Assembly (NCBI GenBank): GCA_024278765.1
Contig: JAJRSM010000007.1
Span: 1 to 60,701 of the forward strand
DNA: 60,701 bases
Source of the DNA: Deltaproteobacteria bacterium
GTDB taxonomy: Bacteria > Desulfobacterota > GWC2-55-46 > DRQE01
Reading direction: 5' to 3'
Position numbers and translations under genes: made by a program. Position 1 is the first letter of the stretch. Each line of letters begins with the position of its first letter. The notes below the pieces were generated by a model. The model was given only the letters and a program-made list of their open reading frames with translations. It was not told the DNA's origin and made no database searches. Below, piece by piece: positions 48,872 through 56,759 of the stretch.

Positions 48872-49540
48872 TTAGTGCTTGGGAGGTTTCTGAGGTGTAT
48901 CACCATATAATTCATCATAGATAAAGGCCAACGCAACTGAAAGATACTCAGTCGCAAAGGTCCTGACAGGGGGCATATACTGCGCCGGCACGTAGCTCTC
49001 GGCGACCGAGAGGAAGGCGGCAACCGCGCCATCGCTCTTTTGACAACCAACACAGCCACAATCAAGAAGGACCTTGCAATTGCCCTTTTTATCAAGCTCA
49101 ATGTCAGCATCGCCTTTAATATGGGCATGGCCTGTATCATGCGCCCCTTTTGCGTCATACAGATCCGATAGATGAACGCCCGTGCCGGTATGCGTATCTT
49201 TATCCAGATGAACGCCCGTGCCAGTATGCGTATCTTTATCCAGATGAACGCCCGTGCCAGTATGCGTATCTTTATCCAGATGAACGCCCGTGCCAGTATG
49301 CGTATCTTTATCCAAATGAACGCCCGTGCCAGTATGCGTATCTTTATCCAGATGAACACCCGTGTCTGCGCCTTTCTCATGCTTAGAATGAGACTCTGAC
49401 GTTAGATGAGCACCCTCGGAAGCGTCATCTTCTACATGCACACCCTCACCAAGACCCGAGACTATCCCGGCCTCAGAGACAGAGACAACAGCAAGAGCAG
49501 CAAAGACCGCAAAGAAGGCTATCAAAAAGAGTTTTTTCAT
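48872..49540 (-). CDS. Secreted His-rich tandem-repeat protein ending in KPPKH
   Basis: Signal peptide MKKLFLIAFF..SEA, (HLDKDTHTGTGV)x5, CKVLLDCGCVGC, C-terminal PQKPPKH. Confidence 0.75.
   Translation of the reverse strand: MKKLFLIAFFAVFAALAVVSVSEAGIVSGLGEGVHVEDDASEGAHLTSESHSKHEKGADTGVHLDKDTHTGTGVHLDKDTHTGTGVHLDKDTHTGTGVHLDKDTHTGTGVHLDKDTHTGTGVHLSDLYDAKGAHDTGHAHIKGDADIELDKKGNCKVLLDCGCVGCQKSDGAVAAFLSVAESYVPAQYMPPVRTFATEYLSVALAFIYDELYGDTPQKPPKH
49170..49364. repeat. 36-bp coding tandem repeat, 5 copies plus a partial
   Basis: AGATGAACGCCCGTGCCAGTATGCGTATCTTTATCC at 49170, 49206, 49242, 49278, 49314; partial at 49350. Confidence 0.97.
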
Positions 49541-49716
49541 GATTTTAATCTTAACACACAACAAAACCACAAACAAGACACTCGCTATCTTGTTTGTAAA
49601 TTAAAAAACTATCTCTCGTTTCCACATAGATCGACAAATATTTACATAACTAAAGATGATTGAGATTTTTGTATGATATGTCATATAAAACAAAAGGCCA
49701 CAAAGTTTATCGCAAA

Positions 49717-49779
49717 CGTCCACGAGACGCCCATAAATATCCAGCCATTAATAGTTATCTAACGCCTCCTTCCGTCTCA
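49717..49779. repeat. 63-bp direct repeat, copy 1
   Basis: CGTCCACGAGACGCCCATAAATATCCAGCC..CCTCCTTCCGTCTCA, near-identical to 52329-52391. Confidence 0.92.
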
Positions 49780-49856
49780 GCCGAATTACAAAAATACAAA
49801 TAACAAAACAAATTAAATCTCCCTTTAGATTCCCCCATAAAAAAAAAGAGATCAAA

Positions 49857-50115
49857 ATCAGATTGCCGCGTCGGCTTACGCCTCCTCGCAACGACATAGT
49901 AAGTGGCGCAACCCACCCATAAACTACCGAGCTAACGTAGGGCGAGGCTTTAGCCTTGCCGGTGCTCTTCTGTCTCTATACTAAAAAGACGCAACCCTAA
50001 AGGGTGCTGCGCACAGCAAATGTATTAACTTCGTACTACGCGCTGCATCAACCATCCTAATGTACTTTACCGCCCCGTAGTCGCTTTGCCCCCACGCATG
50101 TGGGCTGCCCTACGA
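49857..50115. repeat. REP/MITE-like cluster with a nested 100-bp insert
   Basis: CAGATTGC..CTCCTCGCAACGAC, GTAGGGCGAGGCTTTAGCCTTGC, GCAACCCTAAAGGGT[50006-50105]TGCCCTAC. Confidence 0.7.
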
Positions 50116-50304
50116 TAAAACAAAAGCAAAAAAGTTAAGAGCCACATTCACCTTGACCGCATTAATCAAAAATTATATATTGTTAAATATTTATACAAAC
50201 CAAGGCTAAACACACTGCGACCTCCGTAACATCCATCACCCCTAATGCGCATCAAGGCCTTGCTAAATTACTTTAAAGATACCCGCAAACCCGAGAGGCA
50301 GTGA

Positions 50305-51117
50305 ATGAAAAATAACTTTGGCCCGCCCATAGAAGGAATCGAAGAAGCAAAGACCGTTGTATATACAGGGGTGGTCTTGCTGATAGTGCTCGCTATTATA
50401 TACCTTGTACTTCACAGCGCGTATAAGGGACACTCTTACAACAAAGACGACGCAGGAGAGTTCTTCAACAAGCTCGGAGCTGCCAAGGCATCCGTTATGA
50501 CGGCCTCGCCGGCCTCAGCCGATATAAAAAAATCACTCAAAGAGCTGCAAGAATTAAAGAGCACGGTACTATCTCAGGAATTCACAGAAAAAATCAACTA
50601 CCTCTACGGCTTCACCCAGACCTTTAAAAGCGCCACCACGCTCAATGCCAATGACCTGCGCCTGACAAAGATAAAGACCGAGCTTGACAGTATCGAAAAG
50701 ATGGCCCTGTCGCTATCGCGTAACGATGGTTTTTTCTGGGTCGTAGGGCCGCTGCGCTGGCTGGAGGTCATCTTCTGGGGAGAGTTCGGGGTGATCGTCG
50801 GAATACTCGTCTGGGTCTGCACGCAGCTTAAGGCCAACAGCTATTCAAAGGCAACCTATATGCGTGAGAAGTTCTGGTACCTTACCGAGATAGCCATAGG
50901 TCCGGTAGTCGTCATATCGGTCTTCTTCATATTAAAAGTACTGCTAGAGAGCCTGTCCGGCAGCCCGTATTCTCAAGACGATATAAGAGGCTCGATACAT
51001 ATAACGCTCGGAGTATCCTTCGCACTCGGGCTATACATCAGAAGAAGCCTCGGCATCTTTAACTTTATAAAGGATAAACTGCCGAACCCGGATAAGAAAG
51101 AAGCAAGAAAGGTCTAA
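50305..51117 (+). CDS. Hypothetical membrane protein (about 4 TM)
   Basis: 270-aa ORF with GAGG RBS, one N-terminal TM, helical soluble part, three C-terminal TMs; family not recognised. Confidence 0.7.
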   Translation: MKNNFGPPIEGIEEAKTVVYTGVVLLIVLAIIYLVLHSAYKGHSYNKDDAGEFFNKLGAAKASVMTASPASADIKKSLKELQELKSTVLSQEFTEKINYLYGFTQTFKSATTLNANDLRLTKIKTELDSIEKMALSLSRNDGFFWVVGPLRWLEVIFWGEFGVIVGILVWVCTQLKANSYSKATYMREKFWYLTEIAIGPVVVISVFFILKVLLESLSGSPYSQDDIRGSIHITLGVSFALGLYIRRSLGIFNFIKDKLPNPDKKEARKV

Positions 51118-51201
51118 AAACAAGAGAAAAGAAAACACTTTCTTTTCTGCCAAAAGAACTGAAAAACATTTAAATAATCAATATTCTAATAAAGATTACG
51201 A

Positions 51202-51230
51202 TTGACATATTTTTACAAAATATATATCTT
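51202..51230 (+). promoter_or_regulatory. Sigma70-type promoter
   Basis: TTGACA (51202-51207), 17 bp, TATCTT (51225-51230). Confidence 0.65.
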
Positions 51231-51236
51231 AAATAT

Positions 51237-51330
51237 AGAGTGATAAGACCATTGTGGGTTGTCTGTAGTGTTCCCTTCCGGAGGTTGATAAAGCTATGGC
51301 GCAACAAGCCTGCAGGGCACGCTCTTTTTT
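51237..51330 (+). ncRNA. Putative ~90-nt hairpin RNA or attenuating leader
   Basis: Starts just after the promoter; nested pairings AGAGTG/CGCTCT, TTGTGGGTTGT/ACAAGCCTGCAG, CTGTAGT/GCTATGG; ends in a T-run. Confidence 0.45.
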
Positions 51331-51364
51331 ATTTTTCAGGTAAATAGTACAATAGGAGTTACTT

Positions 51365-52266
51365 TTGGACACTAATCAAATCAAAGATCTAAATAAATTA
51401 AATAAAAAATCTGGGAATGCAGAACCTGTGATTTTCATTCAGAAACTAATGGGCTATTCCCCTATAAACCCGATGCGCCTTTTTTCAACCCTGATGAATA
51501 TATAAACCCTAAACACCCAAAGGTAATAACCGTAGGTATAAATCCCGGCTGGAACAACAACTTTGAATTCGAAAAATGGGTAAAAATCTATGAAGAGACA
51601 GACTATGATAAGGTCTCCAGTAAATTTGTTAACCAAGTAGAAGAAGAAAATAAAAGCAACATACACAGAGACCCGTACAGAACTGGCATAACCAAGACCT
51701 TTAATATCGTCAATAAACATTTAAAAATATACACAGAAGAAGATATCAGAAAAGAAGATATAGCAGAAGAAGATATCAAACGAGAAGCTATATATAAATA
51801 TGCCCTCTGGAACAACCTCTCATACTGTGCATCACAAAGGCCAAACGAAAGGTCATTTGATAGCAAAAATATAACCTGCAACACATATACCGAGGAGATA
51901 CCTAACTGCCTTGAACACGGCTACTTAAGAGATATGATAGAAATAATCAAGCCAGAACTAGTACTTTTTTTTGGTTCAAATAACTATATTTACTACAAAG
52001 TCCTCATAAAAAAACTCTTCAAAAAACAACCCTTCAAAACAGACCCGTGCAGCAAACCTGAATCTTTCAAGTCAATAAGTAAAGAATATACAGCTCATAA
52101 AAGGGGCGATAAAGATATCAAGACTACTATTGCTGCTGGCATAATAGATACAAAGCCTTTTAAAACAAAGGCTATCTTTATTCCCCACCCTAACTATCCT
52201 ATTACCGATGAGAACAGAAAAAAAGCATTAAAAGAAATCTGTGAATGGATAAAGAATCCAGAATAA
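51365..52266 (+). pseudogene. Uracil-DNA-glycosylase-superfamily gene, frameshifted in an A6 run (51404-51409)
   Basis: AGGAG RBS + TTG 51365; frame from 51409 is open to 52266: IWECRTC, KVITVGINPG, NLSYC, EIPNC, IKPELVLFFG, IPHP. Confidence 0.72.
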
Positions 52267-52328
52267 CCCCCCTACCTCTTCTTCAAAAAAATATTATAAA
52301 AGCAAAAAATGACAAGACTCGTTACGAG

Positions 52329-52391
52329 CGTCCACGAGACGCCCATAAATATCCAGCCGTTAATAGTCATCTAGATCCTCCTTCCGTCTCA
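52329..52391. repeat. 63-bp direct repeat, copy 2
   Basis: Near-identical to 49717-49779. Confidence 0.92.
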
Positions 52392-52403
52392 AACAACCCA
52401 AAA

Positions 52404-53963
52404 CTAATCGCCGCAATTACCATTGGCCCTCCGTCTCGTCCATGCCGCCCTGACTATCAATATATGAGCTATAAAAAGAACTATTAAAAACCCGCGAGCC
52501 GCCCATACGCCAGCACCACTCTTACCTAGGATCTTTGGCAGGTCCTGATACCCCCAGGCAAAGAGGATAATAACCAGAAAGGCCGGAGTTACGTACTTCA
52601 TCAGGTAGAAAAAAAACCTCGGCACCTTTATATGCGCACCCCTGTTTATCTCATCCCACGCACGCTCGCCGCCAAGGACCCACATAAATATTACCATCTC
52701 AAAGAGCGCGAGAATAACCAAAGCGAATGTAGCGACCCAAAAATCCAGCTCATCGAGTGCTCCCTTGACAAACATAGGTAACGTTACCGTCACTAAAAAA
52801 AAGACGCCCAACCAGAAGACCGCCTTCTTTCGTTTCCAGTTGAATTCGTCTTCAAGGAAGGCAATCACCGGCTGAGATAGCGCAACGACCGAGGTGATTC
52901 CGGCAATAAATAAAAGCAGAAACCACAAAAACCCAAAAAACTGCCCTGCTGGCATATGCGTAAAGACCGCAGGCATACTGATAAAGCCCAGACCAAAGGC
53001 CCCGCCCTCGGCTATCTCTTTTGCCCCTGATGCGCCGAAAAATATTACGGCCGAGACAATCGCAATAGTAGATCCAAAGATAACCTCGGCAAATTGATTA
53101 AGGCTCGCCGCCGATAGGCCGTCCAGAGCGATATCGTCATTTTTATTAACGTAGCTCGCATAGGTAATTACCGCCCCCAGCCCCAGCGACAATGTGAAAA
53201 AGACCTGACCCGCCGCGGCCAACCAGACCTTGCTATTTAAGAGTCCGCTCAAGTCCGGCTCCCAAAGAAAGCTAAAACCCGTGGTGACGGTCAAAGCAGG
53301 ATCGGTCGGAGACTCAAGGGTTACAACCCGCACAAGGAGCACCAAGGCCATCAGGAACAAAGCCGGAATTGCAATCTTACTGAGTTTTTCGATACCGCCG
53401 CTGATCCCCTTACCCAGCACCCAGAGGCCAAGGCCGAGGGTAATGATAAAGAAGATATAGACCATCGGGTGCGGCGTCATAAAGACGCCGGTCGTATCAG
53501 ATCCTATAAGAGAGCCGAGATAGTTCTGGAAAGGTTTGAGGAATTCCGCCGGAGAGCCGGCGACAAGTGCCGTCTCTGCCGTCGGCAGATAATTAAACAA
53601 AGACGATAGGCTAAAGGCCAGAGTCCAGGAGCAGATATATATATAGTAGATTAAAACAACAAGCGGCAGGAAGATGCCAAGGATGCCGATATATTTTGCC
53701 AACCTGTGTTTCCAGATTGCATCAAAGATACCCGGGGTAGAACCGTGCCCCCTGATACCTCCGTAACGCCCCAGCCCCCACTCTACCCACATCAGCGGAA
53801 TACCGAGGACGATAAAACAGATAAAATATGGGATCATAAACGCGCCGCCGCCGTTCTCAGCGGCCTGCACAGGAAAGCGCAGAAAATTACCAAGCCCTAT
53901 GGCATTACCGGCCATCGCCAGTATCAACCCAATTCTAGAGCCCCATTGTTCACGTCTTGCCAT
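52404..53963 (-). CDS. Neurotransmitter:sodium symporter family transporter (LeuT-like)
   Basis: REQWGSRIGLILAMAGNAIGLGNFLRFP, GQVFFTLSLG, 12 predicted TM. Confidence 0.93.
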   Translation of the reverse strand: MARREQWGSRIGLILAMAGNAIGLGNFLRFPVQAAENGGGAFMIPYFICFIVLGIPLMWVEWGLGRYGGIRGHGSTPGIFDAIWKHRLAKYIGILGIFLPLVVLIYYIYICSWTLAFSLSSLFNYLPTAETALVAGSPAEFLKPFQNYLGSLIGSDTTGVFMTPHPMVYIFFIITLGLGLWVLGKGISGGIEKLSKIAIPALFLMALVLLVRVVTLESPTDPALTVTTGFSFLWEPDLSGLLNSKVWLAAAGQVFFTLSLGLGAVITYASYVNKNDDIALDGLSAASLNQFAEVIFGSTIAIVSAVIFFGASGAKEIAEGGAFGLGFISMPAVFTHMPAGQFFGFLWFLLLFIAGITSVVALSQPVIAFLEDEFNWKRKKAVFWLGVFFLVTVTLPMFVKGALDELDFWVATFALVILALFEMVIFMWVLGGERAWDEINRGAHIKVPRFFFYLMKYVTPAFLVIILFAWGYQDLPKILGKSGAGVWAARGFLIVLFIAHILIVRAAWTRRRANGNCGD

Positions 53964-54047
53964 AGAAGATAAAACCCCGGTAAACGCCTTTGATGTCTAT
54001 TGCCCGAAAAACCGAAACCCATATAAAGACAATACTGAATTGTATAG

Positions 54048-54677
54048 TTACTTTTTACGCTGCGTAACCCTGTACATATCCATAACCTTACTAAGAGAAA
54101 ACTCGCGTGGCAGAAGTTTTATAATCTTCTTTTCATCTGCATTTATCTTAAGCTCCAGAAAACGGAAGTTTTGCAGCTTTTTAAACTCTTCCTCTACAAG
54201 CCTCTCTTCTATCCCAAAGAGACGCATGATGGTCTTTACGGTCGTATCATAGAGAATATCTGTATTGTGCTCTGAGACAAGGCCAAGCACCTCGCAGACC
54301 CCGGCAGTAAGCTCCGGCATCTCTATGACCTTCTCTGTCGTAAGCTTTAGCCGCTCGGCCATGGCGTTTAAGATATTAACGACGATCCCGGGAGAGCCGT
54401 CAAGGGTCTGCTTAAAGGTCTCTCTATCTACCTCAATGACCTCTGCGAATTCAACGGCCTTTATCGTAGCGGTCCTTTTATCATCAAGCAACAGAGCCAT
54501 CTCGCCAAAGACATGTACCGGCTCTATGACGGCAACGGTCGTATCCTCACCGTCGCGCCCGCCTACAAGGACCTGCACCTTACCCTTCTTAAGGATATAG
54601 GCCTTCTGCCCGATACTTCCCTGAAGGAATATCGTCTCGCCCTTATAAAACTCTCTTACGGTGTAATCTTTACTCAC
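54048..54677 (-). CDS. Cyclic-nucleotide-binding domain protein
   Basis: AYILKKGKV, FGEMALL, RTAT; C-terminal extra domain. Confidence 0.85.
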   Translation of the reverse strand: MSKDYTVREFYKGETIFLQGSIGQKAYILKKGKVQVLVGGRDGEDTTVAVIEPVHVFGEMALLLDDKRTATIKAVEFAEVIEVDRETFKQTLDGSPGIVVNILNAMAERLKLTTEKVIEMPELTAGVCEVLGLVSEHNTDILYDTTVKTIMRLFGIEERLVEEEFKKLQNFRFLELKINADEKKIIKLLPREFSLSKVMDMYRVTQRKK

Positions 54678-54958
54678 TAGAAACCACCAAGGTTAAATAC
54701 AACCGGCAACCAAAACAAAGCCTTCAATAGGTTATGGCAAAACCGCCGCACCACTTAACTTTATACTGCAGATCCAAGGGGTTGTCAAACAAGGAACACA
54801 GCGCAACAACGGCTGAAGCAAAGGAAAAATAAAGTAAAGCAGGTAATCCTACAGATCGAGTTAGAAGTGAAAGAACAATAAGAAAACAGCTGGAATGGAA
54901 TTTTAAAGTCCTAACCTGTCAACCTTACAGACAACGTGGAAAAGACCATTTAAAAAAA

Positions 54959-55792
54959 CTACATCTCATCATACGGGAACTGACCACCCCATTTGCTGCA
55001 CCGTGCCTGCACCTGACACTCCCTGCAAAAGGGTATGGGAATGGCTACTCCGTCCTTTAAAACCCCCTCCAGCATATCGAGCGTATAGCCGTTAGCGTCA
55101 AAAGAGAGTTCACGCTCAAGCGTCGTGCAGCTCTTCATATTATCGACCTCATGCTGCGAGACCTCGGGGTGTATATTCTTGTGCCAGAACTTTTTTATCG
55201 AGGGTATACGAGGGTCATCGCCAAAGGCCATATAATCATCGCACCTACTGCTATCGAGCCAGTACGGTTCCTGCTCGTTATTAATAGCACCTACCGGACA
55301 GGCATCACGGCAATCCGAGCAACCATCACACATATCCCAAAACCCTGTGGTATTGGTAACGACCTCTGGATGCCCTGTGATCTCGCCGTCAAAACCAATG
55401 ACGCAGATCTTCATATCAAAGCCGAATTTATTACTGTATATAAGAGAGTTCTTGGCCCGCACCCCGAGCCCTGCGCTAACAGCGGCCTGTTTAAAGTTCG
55501 TATAGATCGGCAACCAGTCCTGTAAACCTGCTTTTTTAAATATCGCATCGGCCTCTTTATAAAGGGTATAGTCCCAGGAATCCGGCGAGCTCCTAACAAG
55601 CACGATTGAGTTGACGACCGCAAGAAAATGTATGTTGTTTGTATAGTCGGCACCGTACTCCTGCGCCTTGCCCTTTATAGGTGAATAGGCACAGAACTTG
55701 AGTTGTTCTTTGGTAAGAAAACCCACGTCCCACTTATCTTCTGGAAAAAGGCTACGTATATCCGAAAACTTTATCTTCTTTATCTCATCCAT
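54959..55792 (-). CDS. QueG/reductive-dehalogenase-like 4Fe-4S dicluster protein
   Basis: KQAAVSAGLG.RAKNSL, CDGCSDCRDACPVGAI, SRC, CRECQ...C. Confidence 0.75.
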   Translation of the reverse strand: MDEIKKIKFSDIRSLFPEDKWDVGFLTKEQLKFCAYSPIKGKAQEYGADYTNNIHFLAVVNSIVLVRSSPDSWDYTLYKEADAIFKKAGLQDWLPIYTNFKQAAVSAGLGVRAKNSLIYSNKFGFDMKICVIGFDGEITGHPEVVTNTTGFWDMCDGCSDCRDACPVGAINNEQEPYWLDSSRCDDYMAFGDDPRIPSIKKFWHKNIHPEVSQHEVDNMKSCTTLERELSFDANGYTLDMLEGVLKDGVAIPIPFCRECQVQARCSKWGGQFPYDEM

Positions 55793-56039
55793 CTATCATC
55801 TCCAGCCGTCTGAGACGGGTCACTGCGTAATTCATAAAACCGAATTTATCATAACATTTCAACAGATTTACCTATAGATTTCAATAGTTTTATTTTAAAT
55901 ATTGATTATTACATAAGGCTCGCCCCTAAAAACCAGCGTCTTTTCAGAGCAATCAGAGTTACAAACTAGATTTCATATAATGAACTCTGTATAATAACTT
56001 ATTGATTTTACGGTAGAGGGCCGCCCGAGGCCCTTACTT

Positions 56040-56068
56040 TTGACGTAGAATGCTCAACAATCTAGATT
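56040..56068 (+). promoter_or_regulatory. tRNA promoter
   Basis: TTGACG, 17 bp, TAGATT just upstream of the tRNA-Pro 5' end. Confidence 0.6.
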
Positions 56069-56090
56069 AGGGCAAGATTAGGGCAAGAAT

Positions 56091-56131
56091 CGGGGCGTAG
56101 CGCAGTCCGGTAGCGCACCGCGTTCGGGACG
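56091..56131 (+). tRNA. 5' half of tRNA-Pro(CGG), truncated after the anticodon loop (island junction)
   Basis: CGGGGCGTAGCGCAGTCCGGTAGCGCA CCGCG TT CGG GA CG, then no T-arm or acceptor 3' strand. Confidence 0.85.
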
Positions 56132-56310
56132 GGCTATGAAGACCCTGATCCACCTTGACCGAAACCAGAGCAAAACCCTGAAGCCCTTTATTCAAGTGGC
56201 TTTGGACGAATCAACCTGAATCAAACCAAAACCGAAACAAAATCGGTTTTAATCGAAAAACAAATAACATTTATTCGAGTTTGCGGCAAAATTGCGGCGG
56301 TTATCCACAG

Positions 56311-56341
56311 AAAAGGGGAGGCATTGAGCCTCCCCTTTTTT
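56311..56341. terminator. Bidirectional intrinsic terminator
   Basis: AAAAGGGGAGGC-ATTGA-GCCTCCCCTTTT. Confidence 0.8.
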
Positions 56342-56517
56342 ATTTTCATTAACTTCAGCGCTAACGCCCATGCCATGCTTACAGCATGAACGCAATACGT
56401 CTTGTGAATTCGAATTAGTGGTTAATTTGCCCTAACCTTTAAAAAGCCAACTATATAAAAACTATACAATTTAAAAAAAGCGGTTAGCATAGAAAGATTC
56501 TACCCCTTGATTTAATT

Positions 56518-56568
56518 AACCGCCCAAAGGGGAATCGAACCCGCGTTTTCGCCGTGAGAGGGTGACGT
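56518..56568 (-). pseudogene. Degenerate 3' part of tRNA-Glu(CTC), att-like scar
   Basis: Minus strand ACGTCACC CT CTC AC GGCGA AAAC GCGGGTTCGATTCCCC; no D-arm, no CCA. Confidence 0.65.
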
Positions 56569-56759
56569 TAATTCAATGAAATCGCCGGGGTAGGGGGGCT
56601 TGTCCAAAATTTGACCAAGATTTTTTGCTATGAGTATCAATATTTTTGTTACCCACGGCAATGTGCGAGAAATTAATTGTGTCCTTCCTGAAGTCCGCAA
56701 TGGACTGAGCTAATGCAATATGGTATATTTCTTTCTCATATAAAAATAGTAGGTAACTA

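Noticed and set aside
48859-49399. Alternative-frame repeat ORFs (ARAFIWIKIRIL, YAYLYPDERPCQ, MNARASMRIFIQ)
   Set aside because: By-products of the stop-free 36-bp repeat; only the His-rich frame has a signal peptide and a coherent C-terminus
50280-50304. c-di-GMP-I riboswitch (GCAAACC..)
   Set aside because: Lacks the GNRA stem and the downstream GCAAAG/second hairpin
49717-52391. Integron cassette array
   Set aside because: Repeats lack RYYYAAC/GTTRRRY attC ends and no intI gene is visible
56301-56309. Replication origin from a TTATCCACA DnaA box
   Set aside because: Single box, no cluster and no dnaA/rep gene nearby
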